This document shows positions 10,506 through 21,900 of a DNA stretch of 64,000 bases, in pieces; the stretch's first letter is position 1; each line of letters starts with the position of its first letter. Under the pieces are notes generated by a model. The model made no database searches. It saw nothing but the letters and a program-made list of their open reading frames with translations, and had not been told where the DNA came from. The DNA comes from Candidatus Latescibacterota bacterium. GTDB taxonomy: Bacteria > Latescibacterota > UBA2968 > GCA-2709665. The stretch covers positions 192,001 through 256,000 of the forward strand of contig CBDDDZ010000005.1 of NCBI GenBank assembly GCA_965226795.1, in the 5' to 3' direction. Both the position numbers and the translations under genes were made by a program.

Positions 10506-10988
10506 GTGGCTGAATCTCTCGAAGCGCGATTGGGTCGATTGCTGGTCGAGCGGGGTTGGACCCTTTCGGTGGCGGAGACCACGACGGGCGGGTTGATCTG
10601 CGCCCGGATCGTGAGCGTGTCCGGGAGTTCGGCCTATTTCGAGCGTGGTGTGGTGGCTTACAGTACGAAGGCCAAAATCCAGGCGCTGGGGATATCCGAA
10701 TCTCTGCTGGAGAGCTGTGGGACCGTGAGTGAGGAGGTGGCCGTCGCCATGGCCGAAGCTGTGGGCAGGGCGGGCCATTCAACGCTGGCGCTGGCCGAGA
10801 CGGGCATCGCCGGGCCGATTCGCGGACGGTCGGCCAAGCCGTTGGGGACCGCGTATGTCGCGCTGTGGACGCCGGAGGGTTCTCGATGCGAACGCTTTGC
10901 GTTCGTAGGCGACCGGAGCACGATTCGCGAACGGATTGCCGAGCAGGCGCTGGCAATGGCGGTTGACTGTGCGGAAGATGCCGCTTGA
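10506..10988 (+). CDS. CinA C-terminal / PncC nicotinamide-nucleotide amidohydrolase family
   Basis: SVAETTTGGLI, GSSAYF, VSEEVAVAMA, TGIAGP. Confidence 0.9.
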   Translation: MAESLEARLGRLLVERGWTLSVAETTTGGLICARIVSVSGSSAYFERGVVAYSTKAKIQALGISESLLESCGTVSEEVAVAMAEAVGRAGHSTLALAETGIAGPIRGRSAKPLGTAYVALWTPEGSRCERFAFVGDRSTIRERIAEQALAMAVDCAEDAA

Positions 10989-11013
10989 CACCGGCTGCCC
11001 ATTGTCATACATT
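10985..11013 (+). promoter_or_regulatory. Sigma70-like promoter of infA
   Basis: TTGACA, 17 nt spacer, TACATT. Confidence 0.6.
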
Positions 11014-11060
11014 GAACCTTCGACCTGAAAATGGTCCCCTAATTCGATGTTGGAGGTGGC

Positions 11061-11345
11061 ATGGCAAAAGAGGAAAAGGTCTCACTTGAAGGAACCGTCG
11101 CGGATACGCTTCCCGACGGGCAGTATATGGTGGAAGTGGAGGGTGGGCATCAGATTCTGGGTTACACGTCGGGCAAGATGCGGCGGTTCAACATCCGGGT
11201 TCTGGTGGGCGACCGCGTGACGATCGAGACCTCGCCTTACGATTTGAATCGCGGGCGCATCGTGTGGCTGCACCGATTGCCCCCGCCCGTCGATGGGGTC
11301 AAAAAGCGCAGGACGGGCGGTAACCGACCCAGGCGCCGTCGTTAA
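11061..11345 (+). CDS. infA: Translation initiation factor IF-1 with basic C-terminal tail
   Basis: EGTVADTLP, SGKMR, IRVLVGDRVTIETSPYDLNRGRI; GGAGG RBS. Confidence 0.95.
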   Translation: MAKEEKVSLEGTVADTLPDGQYMVEVEGGHQILGYTSGKMRRFNIRVLVGDRVTIETSPYDLNRGRIVWLHRLPPPVDGVKKRRTGGNRPRRRR

Positions 11346-11463
11346 CCTGGTCGGCGTCTTCGCCCGCACTTCGGCGGAGTTCCGATCCATACGCGCCTCT
11401 GTCCCAATAGCGATGTAACAGCGGCGGCATAAGTTGTATAGTGTTGCAACCCTCAACTAGCTC

Positions 11464-11499
11464 GGGCCGATTCTAAATATCGATCGGCCCATGTTTTTT
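11464..11499 (+). terminator. Rho-independent terminator
   Basis: GGGCCGAT...ATCGGCCC followed by a T run. Confidence 0.6.
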
Positions 11500-11880
11500 G
11501 TTACCTGAGATCCCTTACTTTGCCCCCGTCCTTACGATGCGGCCGTACAACTTCGCGTCTTCACCGCCGGTATCGGCGAAGTCTCCGATATTCGGCCGCT
11601 GAATTTGTGCCGCATCGAGCCCGACACCCCCATTAACCCGGGTCGGCAGGTTTCCGAATGGAAGGGATTTACCCTGTCCCCCAGGTCCTACCAGACCATC
11701 AAACGCCACGTTCCGTTCGAGCAGGGCAAAATCGCGAAAGCCCTGACCCCCGAATTCACGCGGCTACAGCGTCTGGGCGAGGTTATCGACCGGGCTCTGA
11801 GCCTGTGACTGTGTCCAACCGCCGTGAGGTGGCGTCAGTTATGCAAGGCGCCCCCGCCACAATAAGAGAAGGAGCTACAG

Positions 11881-13476
11881 GTGCGGAATTTCCAAATGGT
11901 CGCCTTAACGATTTCCACCATGCTTGCACTCCTCACATTCCAGGTGCGCGGTTCCGTCAGTCTCCATGCCAGGGAGAACCGGGAGGCTGTGAGCGAGCGA
12001 TTCAACACGTCCGCCCCTGCGATGATGACGGGCCGCAACGGATGGCGCGTGACGCCGCTGTTTACGGTGGGGGAAGAGGTCGGCGGGTACCGTCCGCTCG
12101 GCATCTTGGACGGGATCGGCGCCATGGAAATCCGGCCGGGCGTAGTGCGCTTCTTCGTCAACCATGAGCTGGATGCGGAGGACGGGTACGCGTACAGGCT
12201 CGGTAACCGTACGGAAATGACGGGCGCGCGGGTGAGCTATTTCGATCTGGATGCCAACACCAGGAAACTCCTGGATGCGGGTGTGGCCTACGACAGGGCG
12301 GTGGACAAAGCCGGCCGCGAGGTCACGGACCCGTCGCAGATCCACGAGGGAAATATCGCGGGGAGCGATAGGGACGGTTTCGATCGCTTCTGCTCCAGCA
12401 ACCTTTTCACCGCTGGAGCGTATGGTCTTGCCGACGACGTTTACTTCTGCGGCGAAGAGGTCACGGACGGCCTGGCGCACGTGCTGGATATTCGCCGCCG
12501 CACCATTTACGCATTGCCGTGGCTGGGGCGCGGCACGTGGGAGAACGTGACCCTGCTGGACACGGGCGACAGCGACAAAGTGGCCGTTCTGCTGGGAGAC
12601 GACCGGCGGGGCGCGCCGCTGTACCTCTACGTGGGACGGAAAGGCACGGGCGGCTTCCTCGAGCGCAACGGCCTGACAGGCGGCGATATGTTCGTCTGGG
12701 TCGCGAACAACGGCGAAAGGTCACCTGAGGATTGGAACGGGACGGGAACGAGCCGCGCCGGCATGTTCGTCAAGATTGACATCCACGCTCCGGACGGGGC
12801 GGGCCGGTCCGGGTACGACGAACTGGGCTTTGCGACACAGGCGAAGCAGAACGAATGGGTCGATGCCGTGGGCGGGTTCCGCTTCTCGCGCCCGGAGGAC
12901 GTGGCCACGAATCCGAAGCGCGGCACGCAGGCGGTAATGGCCTCAACCGGGCACGGCGCGGCGTATCCCTCGGACGACTGGGGCGCGACCTATATCATCG
13001 ACGCGAACGTCGGCGCGATGACGGCCACGATCCGAATCCTCTACGATGGTGACGATGCCGGCGACGGACAATTTTCGCATCCGGACATGGGACTTCGCAA
13101 CCCGGACAACCTGGACTGGGCCGAAAACGGGATGATCTACGTTCAGGAGGACCGATCCACCCGGAAGGCGACTTTCGGCAAAAAAAGCGGTATCGAGGCG
13201 TCCGTGTGGGAACTGAACCCCGCCACGGGGAAGCTGATACGGATTGCCGTGATAGACCGCTCCGCGCTGCCTCCCGGGCAGACGGATTCAGACCCGACCG
13301 ACCTCGGAGACTGGGAATCGTCCGGGATCCTGGATGTAACCCGGCTCTTCACCACCGCACCCGGCGAGGTGCTCCTCGTCGGCAACGTACAGGCCCACAG
13401 CGTCCGGGATGGACCCATCAAGAAATACAACCTCGTCCAGGGCGGGCAGATCGTGTTCTTCTCAACCAAGCGGTGA
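11881..13476 (+). CDS. PhoX-like (DUF839) secreted alkaline phosphatase family protein
   Basis: Signal peptide, VNHE, RFCS, GRGTWEN, FSRPED, NPDNLD, QED, ESSGILD, VQAHS. Confidence 0.8.
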   Translation: MRNFQMVALTISTMLALLTFQVRGSVSLHARENREAVSERFNTSAPAMMTGRNGWRVTPLFTVGEEVGGYRPLGILDGIGAMEIRPGVVRFFVNHELDAEDGYAYRLGNRTEMTGARVSYFDLDANTRKLLDAGVAYDRAVDKAGREVTDPSQIHEGNIAGSDRDGFDRFCSSNLFTAGAYGLADDVYFCGEEVTDGLAHVLDIRRRTIYALPWLGRGTWENVTLLDTGDSDKVAVLLGDDRRGAPLYLYVGRKGTGGFLERNGLTGGDMFVWVANNGERSPEDWNGTGTSRAGMFVKIDIHAPDGAGRSGYDELGFATQAKQNEWVDAVGGFRFSRPEDVATNPKRGTQAVMASTGHGAAYPSDDWGATYIIDANVGAMTATIRILYDGDDAGDGQFSHPDMGLRNPDNLDWAENGMIYVQEDRSTRKATFGKKSGIEASVWELNPATGKLIRIAVIDRSALPPGQTDSDPTDLGDWESSGILDVTRLFTTAPGEVLLVGNVQAHSVRDGPIKKYNLVQGGQIVFFSTKR

Positions 13477-13600
13477 GTCACAAGGACCGCAAAAAATCTT
13501 GATTTGAGATCATCTCGCCATATCTTAAAATGTGGTGCCGTGTGGGATCAAGCGCGAATCCGGGGTAAAGAAATCTTCATACCACGACGGCATTATTGGT

Positions 13601-13624
13601 TGGTGGGCCCGTAGGGATTCGAAC
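13601..13624 (-). other. tRNA 3'-end fragment (att-like site), not a full tRNA
   Basis: Minus strand GTTCGAATCCCTA-CGGGCCC-A-CCA (T-loop, 3' T-stem, acceptor strand, CCA); the upstream sequence does not complete the T-stem or a cloverleaf. Confidence 0.75.
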
Positions 13625-13658
13625 GCTCATCACACCACGTGCCCGCCAGAGGCGTTTT

Positions 13659-13700
13659 AAGGTCCTGGAGGATGCAGCAGCGTTCTCCAGGACCTTTTTT
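13659..13700 (+). terminator. Strong hairpin terminator
   Basis: AAGGTCCTGGAG...CTCCAGGACCTT followed by a T run. Confidence 0.75.
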
Positions 13701-13866
13701 GTTTTTAAATTGTGCCTCATCCAGGGGAATTTGTCAGTCGTTTTTCCGGAAAAACAGGCGTATATTAATGTGGGAGTTATACATATACGAAATTCGCCCC
13801 TTCCCAATGAAGGATTTTCAGGGGCGTCCGTATGATTGGCGCCGCGGCGCCAATGGTTTTCGACCT

Positions 13867-13890
13867 GGGAACGCGGGCATCCTGCCCGCA
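13867..13890. repeat. REP-like palindrome
   Basis: GGGAAC-GCGGGCA-TCC-TGCCCGC-A. Confidence 0.55.
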
Positions 13891-13944
13891 CAGGCCGGCA
13901 TCAGATTATAGGGGAACAAATATCAGTCTTAGCGAGGGTACGCA

Positions 13945-14106
13945 ATGACAACAAAGAGGAACAAGGCGAAGCGCAGGCCAGGACGCCCGGTTGTCAAACC
14001 GATTGTGGAAGCAGTCGACGAAATGCCGGAAAACGTAAAGCGTGCGCCATTCATCTCCCGGCAAAGAGTACCGGGAGAGTGGAAATACCTCGATCGCAGC
14101 CGATGA
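13945..14106 (+). CDS. Small basic 53 aa protein (not in the ORF track)
   Basis: MTTKRNKAKRRPGRPVVKPIVEAVDEMPENVKRAPFISRQRVPGEWKYLDRSR; GAGGG RBS. Confidence 0.5.
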   Translation: MTTKRNKAKRRPGRPVVKPIVEAVDEMPENVKRAPFISRQRVPGEWKYLDRSR

Positions 14107-14164
14107 GGAGTCGCTGATCCTTGCGTTATTTAAACTCAACCGACTACCGTGAGCAGGTATAGAT

Positions 14165-17100
14165 ATGTCTGGCCGGTTATTTACGGACTATTTCCTCACA
14201 GATGGCATCAAGGACGCCGACGAATGGAGATCCTCAGTTGAGGATGCGGAGGAGTTTGCCACATTCAGGGAAGGCGTTAGCCAGCGTTACGAGGCCCTTT
14301 GCCGTTTCGAGAATCCAAACGAAGCGGTTACGGAGCAGGAACTCATCCGCCCGGTTCTACAGTTACTGGGATGGGTTGACTACCTGCCCCAGCAGGGCTC
14401 CGCAGGCAAAGAGGATATTCCCGACCATCTGCTTTTGGCCGATAGCGAATCCAAGGATCGCGCCACAGCTGAGCGTAATCCAAAACACCGATTCCGGCAC
14501 GCAACCGTGGTTCAGGAAAGCAAGCGCTTCGGTCTTCCACTTGACAAACGCCAGGAAGACGACGATGTCCGCGTAAGAACCCCGCACGGCCAAATCCTCA
14601 GATACCTATTAACAGCCGATATCGAGTCAGAGGCAAACATCCGGTGGGGTGTCCTGACCAATGGCAAGGTTTGGCGTCTCTACGATCATCGTGCACGGCC
14701 CCGAGCGACCGGCTACTTTGAAGCCGATTTGGAAGTCCTGCTTCAGTCTGAAAAAGAAAACGACCTCCGCATCTTTCATCTGTTGTTCCACCGCGAGTCC
14801 TACGTTAAACAAGCCGGCGCCGCGACGACGTTCCTCGAAACGGCCCTTGAAGAGGGGCGTCGTTATGAGGAAAGGGTCGCGCAGGATCTCTCCGGGGTTG
14901 TATTTGAACGCGTGTTTCCCGGTCTGGTTGAGGCGCTGGCGGAGAAATCGGGCGAACGTCTCCCAGATTGTCGGGATGCCGCGCTGGTCTTTCTCTATCG
15001 TGTGCTCTTCGTGCTCTACGCGGAGGACAGAGGCCTGCTACCTGTCCACGATTCGCGTTACGACGACTACGGTATTCGCAAGCGTGTGCGGTACGATATA
15101 GCGAACAGAATGAAGGACGACGACACTTTCTCCGGAATGGCCACCAACTATTACGACCGCCTTGTCAATCTTTTCAAAATTATCGACAGCGGCGATCCGT
15201 CCATCGGGCTCCCTGCCTACAACGGAGGGCTATTCGCATCAGAAGCCGCACCAATGTTGGAACGCGTGCGCCTTTCAGACGCGGAAATCGCACAAATCAT
15301 TTACGATTTGAGCCATGCGAAGGATCCACAGAATCAGCGCCGCTTTGTAAACTACCGTGACATGTCGGTGCAACAACTGGGCTCGATCTACGAGAGGCTG
15401 CTGGAGCGCGAGCCAGTCCGGGACGAAGCCGGCAAGATAATCGTTCGACCGAATCCTTATGCGCGAAAAGACAGCGGGAGTTTTTATACGCCGCAGGAAC
15501 TGGTGGATCTTATTGTGGACCGGACCCTGAAACCGCTGGTTGAAGAGCGTCTCAAAGCGTTCGAGGAGAAAGCCGACGCGCTAAAAAGCGACCGCAGGCC
15601 AAAGTCGGAACGACGGGCCGAGCTTGAGCGGGTCGATCCGGCGGTATCGGTGCTTGATCTTAAGGTGCTGGATCCGGCCATGGGAAGCGGTCATTTCCTG
15701 GTCACTGCGGTCGATTTCTTATCGGACTACGTCGCTGAGTTGATCGAATACGTCCCTGCGGTTCCATCTTGGCTGGATGGCGGCTACGTGTCGCCGCTGG
15801 AGGGACGCGTGGAGGCGATCCGCGGGGAAATCATCCGACGGTCCAGGGAATCGAACTGGGTACTCGATGAAGCCCAGCTTACCGACCAGGCAATTATCCG
15901 ACGCATGGTGCTCAAACGCTGCATTTATGGTGTAGACAAGAACCCATTGACCGTTGAGTTGGCCAAGGTGTCGCTGTGGCTGCACAGCTTCACGGTAGGG
16001 GCGCCGCTCTCCTTCCTAGACCATCACCTGCGCTGCGGCGACTCGCTGGTCGGCCTGCGCGTACGAGCGTCTATCAAAGACCTGGAAGAGATCGCTCACC
16101 TGTTCGTCGGCAGTGCCATACAGGGCGCGGAAACCGCCACCAACGGGATGCAGCTCATCGAGGAAATGTCGGACTCGGACGTGTCCGAGGTACGGGAGTC
16201 CGCCGTGCTGTTTCAGGGAGTGGAGGAGACGACAGCGGATCTCCGCGGTTTGCTCGACTTCCTTTGCGGTTGGCGCTGGTTGACGGCGGGAATGAAGAAG
16301 AAAGAGTACAAAACTTTCGAGACGCCGCTGGTTATGACGCTCAGCCAGCGGGCGGCGACCGCATTCAAACTTCTGGCTCACGGACCGCGGCAGGTGGATG
16401 ACGACCATCGCGATCCCGATGACGCCACGTTCGCGCGTTTTTCGGAGTTATGGCACGACGTGCGAGCCATCGCCGACCGGGAGCGTTTCCTGCACTGGGA
16501 GGTGGCCTTTCCAGGTGTGTGGCGCAATTGGCAAAATACCCGACCGCAAGGTGGTTTCGACGCGGTGATCGGCAATCCGCCGTGGGACCGCATCAAGCTG
16601 CAGGAGGTGGAGTGGTTTTCGACGCGCGACCCCGAACTCGCTCACGCGCCGACGGCGGCCGCACGGCGGACGGGCATCCAGCGATTGCGCGACCGCGGAT
16701 CGCCACTTACGGCCGAGTTCGACGCGGCCAGGACGCGGTCGGAAAGCCTTGCCCGGATGGTTCGATCCTATGGCGATTACCCGTTACTGGGCGGCGGCGA
16801 CGTCAATCTGTATTCGGCTTTCGTCGAACGGGCTATGAGCCTCATCAAGCCTGACGGCATAGTCGGCCTTCTGACGCCGTCGGGAATCTATAGCGACAAG
16901 ACCGCGGCCCGCTTTTTCAAGTCGGTGTCCACGAGCGGACGGGTAGGTGGCCTGTTTGATTTTGAGAACAAGAAAATTTTCTTCAAGGACGTTCACGGTT
17001 CGTTCAAATTTTGCGCCCTCATATTGGGCGGAGAGGAGCGACAGTTCAATCAGACCGAATGCGCCTTCTTCCTTCACGACACGGAAACGATCCAGGATGA

Positions 17101-18202
17101 GGACCGCTGCTTTCCATTGACGCCCGTGGACTTCGCCCGAGTGAACCCGAATACGGGCACTGCTCCGGTGTTCCGCCAGCGCAGTGACGCCGAAATTACC
17201 CTTCGAATTTACGAACGGCATCCAGTGTTAGTGGATCGATCGGGAGGTGAGGAAAAGAGTGCTTGGCCGTTGAAGTACACCACAATGTTTCATATGGCGA
17301 ACGACTCGCACCTCTTCCGCACCGCCGAGCAGCTCGATTCGGAAGGATTCTATCGCGCTGCGAACAACCAGTGGAAACGGGGCGAGCAGCTGTTCGCTCC
17401 GCTGTACGAGGGCAAAATGGTCCAGGCGTTCGACCACCGCGCCGCCGATATCACGGTAAATCAGCAGAATCTATTTCGACCCGGTCAGCAAGAGACAATC
17501 GCAGAGGCAGCGAAGAAGGAAGCGGATCGATTGCCAATACCCCGGTACTATGTACAACTCGATGAAACCCGATGGGTTTCAAGTAAAGATTGGACAATTT
17601 CATTCAAAAATATCACAGCTTCTACCAATGTGCGAACGATGATTGCCGCAGTCATACCGAGAGTGGGTGCTGGGCATTCTCTCAATCTGCTTCCGATATC
17701 CAGTTTTGTAGACAACTCGGCACAAATTGCGTGTTCTGTAGTCGCAAACCTGAATTCCATAGTCTTTGACTTCGTTTCTCGACAAAAGGTACCCGGAAAC
17801 AACTTCACGTTGTATTTACTTGAACAAATCCCCGTAATCGCATCTGACGACTACGACCGCAAATTCGGCGATACGTCCGCCCGGGACCTCGTGAGGGACC
17901 ACGTGCTTCGCCTCACCTACACAGCCCATGACATGGCACCTTTCGCCCGTGACCTCGACTATGTAGGTCCGCCTTTTGTCTGGAATGACGAGGAACGCCG
18001 GCACCTGCGCGCACGCCTCGATGCGCTCTACTTCCATCTCTACGGTCTTACGCGTGACGACGCTGGGTACATCCTTGACACGTTTCCGATTGTCCATCGA
18101 GAAGACGAAAAAGCCTTCGGTCGTTACCGCACCCGCGAGATGGTTTTGGCCTACATGAACGCGCTCGCAGCAGGGGATACGGAGACGGTGGTTGATGTGT
18201 AG
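14165..18202 (+). CDS. Type IIG (Eco57I-like) fused restriction endonuclease / N6-adenine methyltransferase
   Basis: N-terminal PD...ESK nuclease with QILRYL and LTNGKVWRLY; LGSIYERLL, GSFYTP, DPAMGSGHFL (motif I), GNPPW (motif IV); C-terminal target recognition domain. Confidence 0.92.
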   Translation: MSGRLFTDYFLTDGIKDADEWRSSVEDAEEFATFREGVSQRYEALCRFENPNEAVTEQELIRPVLQLLGWVDYLPQQGSAGKEDIPDHLLLADSESKDRATAERNPKHRFRHATVVQESKRFGLPLDKRQEDDDVRVRTPHGQILRYLLTADIESEANIRWGVLTNGKVWRLYDHRARPRATGYFEADLEVLLQSEKENDLRIFHLLFHRESYVKQAGAATTFLETALEEGRRYEERVAQDLSGVVFERVFPGLVEALAEKSGERLPDCRDAALVFLYRVLFVLYAEDRGLLPVHDSRYDDYGIRKRVRYDIANRMKDDDTFSGMATNYYDRLVNLFKIIDSGDPSIGLPAYNGGLFASEAAPMLERVRLSDAEIAQIIYDLSHAKDPQNQRRFVNYRDMSVQQLGSIYERLLEREPVRDEAGKIIVRPNPYARKDSGSFYTPQELVDLIVDRTLKPLVEERLKAFEEKADALKSDRRPKSERRAELERVDPAVSVLDLKVLDPAMGSGHFLVTAVDFLSDYVAELIEYVPAVPSWLDGGYVSPLEGRVEAIRGEIIRRSRESNWVLDEAQLTDQAIIRRMVLKRCIYGVDKNPLTVELAKVSLWLHSFTVGAPLSFLDHHLRCGDSLVGLRVRASIKDLEEIAHLFVGSAIQGAETATNGMQLIEEMSDSDVSEVRESAVLFQGVEETTADLRGLLDFLCGWRWLTAGMKKKEYKTFETPLVMTLSQRAATAFKLLAHGPRQVDDDHRDPDDATFARFSELWHDVRAIADRERFLHWEVAFPGVWRNWQNTRPQGGFDAVIGNPPWDRIKLQEVEWFSTRDPELAHAPTAAARRTGIQRLRDRGSPLTAEFDAARTRSESLARMVRSYGDYPLLGGGDVNLYSAFVERAMSLIKPDGIVGLLTPSGIYSDKTAARFFKSVSTSGRVGGLFDFENKKIFFKDVHGSFKFCALILGGEERQFNQTECAFFLHDTETIQDEDRCFPLTPVDFARVNPNTGTAPVFRQRSDAEITLRIYERHPVLVDRSGGEEKSAWPLKYTTMFHMANDSHLFRTAEQLDSEGFYRAANNQWKRGEQLFAPLYEGKMVQAFDHRAADITVNQQNLFRPGQQETIAEAAKKEADRLPIPRYYVQLDETRWVSSKDWTISFKNITASTNVRTMIAAVIPRVGAGHSLNLLPISSFVDNSAQIACSVVANLNSIVFDFVSRQKVPGNNFTLYLLEQIPVIASDDYDRKFGDTSARDLVRDHVLRLTYTAHDMAPFARDLDYVGPPFVWNDEERRHLRARLDALYFHLYGLTRDDAGYILDTFPIVHREDEKAFGRYRTREMVLAYMNALAAGDTETVVDV

Positions 18203-18239
18203 GCACTACACGCCGCCTGTGCCTACAGACAAGGATAAC

Positions 18240-18268
18240 TTGCAATTTACAAGGAATTTAGATATAAT
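18240..18268 (+). promoter_or_regulatory. Sigma70-like promoter
   Basis: TTGCAA, 17 nt spacer, TATAAT. Confidence 0.6.
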
Positions 18269-18323
18269 TTGAGCAACTCAGGAGTGGGTATTTTCTTACG
18301 TCTGGATGAAGGAAAAATCCGCA

Positions 18324-18524
18324 ATGGATGACTACTTGAGATTGCTATAAACGGCCAAGGACGAGTATCAGCAATACGTTGAAATCAGCGAACTGTATGA
18401 GTTACTGGTTAAAAACGATGAGGTTCAGGTGAAATGCCAGCCTCCCAGTCCAGAACGTCCTTTGACAACGAATGAGATTTCAATCAGCCAGATAGATCGC
18501 TTGTCACATGACTGTCAATTTTGA
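18324..18524 (+). pseudogene. Small acidic protein with in-frame TAA at codon 9
   Basis: MDDYLRLL*TAKDEYQQYVEISELYELLVKNDEVQVKCQPPSPERPLTTNEISI...; promoter upstream. Confidence 0.4.
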
Positions 18525-18950
18525 ATTGGTACCTCCCTTGAAGCCCACCACAAACGATAGAAGAACAATTCGGATTACGCATAAACAGCGAATCCCTATT
18601 CCAACATCCCCGCCCCTGAGTCAATAACTGCCTCCCGCGATTTGTATCGCATCTGAGTTAAATCCTCTTCCACATTCAGTGTTGTAAATCTCGTTTCAGA
18701 CAATTACTCCGCCTCGAAATATTCGAAATTTCCAGGTCTTCCGCTTTCGCAGTCACGACCTCGTGCGTTTCTACGAGACCACCATGGCATCAGGGAATCG
18801 TGGATAAAGTAATTGCCCGGATAATTTGATTTCTCATTCTTGACATATTGCAGGTATTAAGATACGTTTGACAGGGCAGTTTCTCTGGATGAGGCAGCAC
18901 TGACAGAATAGGACGGATTCTCGGGCAGTTTTTCCAGGTGTTTTTTCGGT

Positions 18951-21900
18951 ATGAGCAAGGGCAAGCCAACGCGCAATTATTCAGAAAAGACAATTAAAGT
19001 CATTTTCGGTTTGAGCGGAAACCAATGCGCGCATCCTGATTGCGAGAGCGCTGTCATTGAGCCGCCGACGCCGCAGTCTGACGCTCATGTCGTGGCTCAA
19101 ATCTGCCACATATATGCCATTAGTGAAGACGGTCCGCGAGGAAAGGCCGGGCTAACGGTCCAAGAACTCAATTCTCCAAATAACCTGATCTTACTTTGTC
19201 CGAATCACCATACTGTGGTAGACGGCCAACATGAAACATATCCAGCCGAAATGCTCAAACAGTGGAAGAAGGAACATGAAGCTAAATTGATCAAGAATCG
19301 GTTGCATGCAGGCTCGGATGGCGTTGTGTGGGATGTGTCGTCTCAACCCGATTTTCCAACGCATCTGATCGATCAAGAAATCAAGAAGAAGACCGATCTG
19401 CTTCGCAAATCCCGATTTTTCGCGGAATTCGACAGGAATGGATTTTCATTGACATTTGCGAAAAAACTCGCAGGAGGCGAACTCTCGGGCGGTACCAGTG
19501 AGGTACGGAGCGAGGCGTTAGGATGGTGCGTCCGATTATTGTCAGATGAACATCTAGAAAAAGCAGAATCGTACCTCGAACAGGCGAGAGAAATAGGAAC
19601 CTGCCCGGAAGTTTACATAGCAGCCTCGTTTATTTCTTCGCGAAAGGGCGACAAGGCGGCTGCTCTGCAGAGTTTGGCCGCCATTGACTCGCCCATGTCC
19701 CGTTCCGCAGCACTGATGATTTCCGAATATCACGACGGCCCTCAAGGCGCAGTTGACTGGTTGGAAGCGGCCGACATTGACGCTACGAAGTTGGATGCTG
19801 ACGGTAAACGATTCTTATTGGCGTGTTATTTTGAACTCGCCGATTGGGAAGCAGCACGGAGATTAATTGATGTGCTAACTGATGACGATTTATGCAATTC
19901 TCCGACCCTTTTTCATATGACGGCGGTAACCCATCTTATAACGGCGGTACCAAACGAACTCCGCTCCAGCATCCTTTACCAACCACCTTTCGAAGTCAAA
20001 AGCTTTCCACTTGCTTCAGACTCTTCGTCGATAAAAGCCCTTCGAGTTGCCCGAGAATGCTTTGTAAGAGCCGTAGAGTTTGCGCATCAACTAAACTGTC
20101 CATTTGCAGCAAAACTGGACGATGAATACGCACTTTGGCTTGAACTCGTGGATCCCGATGAGTTCGCCCGTGGGAGAAAGCGACTAAAAACGGAACTTCG
20201 CAATGCAGAAAATTCCCTAAGTCTCGTTCGCTTCGGTTTTTAATTTGGAGTTAATCTCGACTTCGCAGCAATAGAACGGGAGATCGATCGTCAAACCGCC
20301 CTTTACGGAGGTCTAACTTACGACACTGCGATCGCTCGCCTTGCCCTTGTCTTCAGCCAGCAGACGCCGAAAGATGCCTCGACCTATATCGAGCGGCACC
20401 AGAATTCGCTTTCTGATTACGCAAACAAGGAATATCTGCATTTTGTGCGAATCGAACTGTTGGCGCGTGCCGGTCGCCTTGATGAAGCACGTGTTCGCCT
20501 AGAAACTCTCGAGAATGAGGAACTCTCAGAACCGAACAAGAGCCACCTTCGGAGAATCATCGCCGAAGCGGGCGGAGCCGATCCAATTGAACGTCGAAAG
20601 GTTCGGTTTAGAGAGACGAATTCAGTCCGAGATTTGTCGATACTTGTTGACCAACTCGAAGCTCAACACGAATGGGAGCAACTTTGCGAACATGGAGAAA
20701 TCTTGTTCAAGCGAACCAACCGGTTGTCTGATGCCGAACGGTTGGCAATCGCGTTACACAATACAAGGAAAAATGACCGCCTGGTCGAATTCCTCCAATC
20801 CAATGAGACGATCATACCACAATCCAAGCAACTCCAGCAACTCCGTTGTTGGTCCTTGTACCACGAGGGCGCGCTGCTACAAGCCCGTACCGAAATGGCG
20901 AAACTTGGTGATAACTCGGATGACGGGAACTATCGCAGCCTCAAGATCAATCTTGCAATCTCTATGGGTGACTGGAACTCGGTTTTGGCGTTTGTAACCA
21001 ACGAATGCCAAAAAAAAGAGCGGAGAAACGCACCGGAACTGTTAGGGACAGCACAACTGGCCCTTCGCTTGGATTCTGGTAACCAGGCAAAAGAGTTGTT
21101 ATTTGCAGCGGTAGAAAAGGGAAACGACGATCCCAAGGTTTTAGCGACAGCATACCATATTGCAACTACAGCCGGTTGGGAGGGCCAAGAGGTCTCTCGT
21201 TGGATTCAAAAAGCCGCTGCTCTCTCAGGGGACGATGGGCCAATTCAGAAAATCACGGTGAGAGAATTTCTGGATCGGAAACCGGAATGGGAACGAAGAG
21301 AATCTGAAATCTCCCGGGGGCTGATGTGTGGAGACCTTCCGTTGTTTCTTGCTGCTCAACTGCGAAACATATCTCTTGGCAATATGGTGCTTTATTCGGC
21401 TCTTGCGAATCTGGATGAAAGCGATCCGAGACGGAGAAACGTGATTCCTGCATATAGTGGACAACGGCCACCGACGACGCTTGAAACGGGTGGACGTATC
21501 GGAATAGATGCAACCGCATTGCTAACCTTAAGCTTGTTGAAGGTGCTCGAAGAAGCATTAGATGCTTTTGAATCGGTCCATATACCACATTCAACTCTTG
21601 GTTGGCTTTTTGAGGAAAAACAAAGACTTACATTTCATCAGCCAAGCAGGATCAGGGATGCGCATCAGGTCAGTGATCTTGTGTTTGCTCGTACGATGGA
21701 GGTCCTATCACCAAACGCCGTCCCGGATAGCGAACTATCGGAGCTAGTTGGACATGATCTGGCGCAGTTTATAGCGGAAGCGAAAACGATGAGAGACGCA
21801 GATGTTTCTCAACGTGTTGTTGTTAGGCCGGCTCCGGTTTATCGAATCGCTTCTTTGTTGGAAGAAGAAGCCGACCTGACGCCGCATGAAGGCGTATTGA

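Noticed and set aside
13601..13690. Complete tRNA gene
   Set aside because: Only the 3' 24 nt fit; there is no complementary T-stem 5' strand, anticodon arm or GGGCCCG 5' end.
14165..18202. BREX or DISARM methyltransferase
   Set aside because: No pglZ/brxC or drmA/B helicase genes are adjacent; the protein has its own N-terminal nuclease motif, fitting a stand-alone type IIG enzyme.
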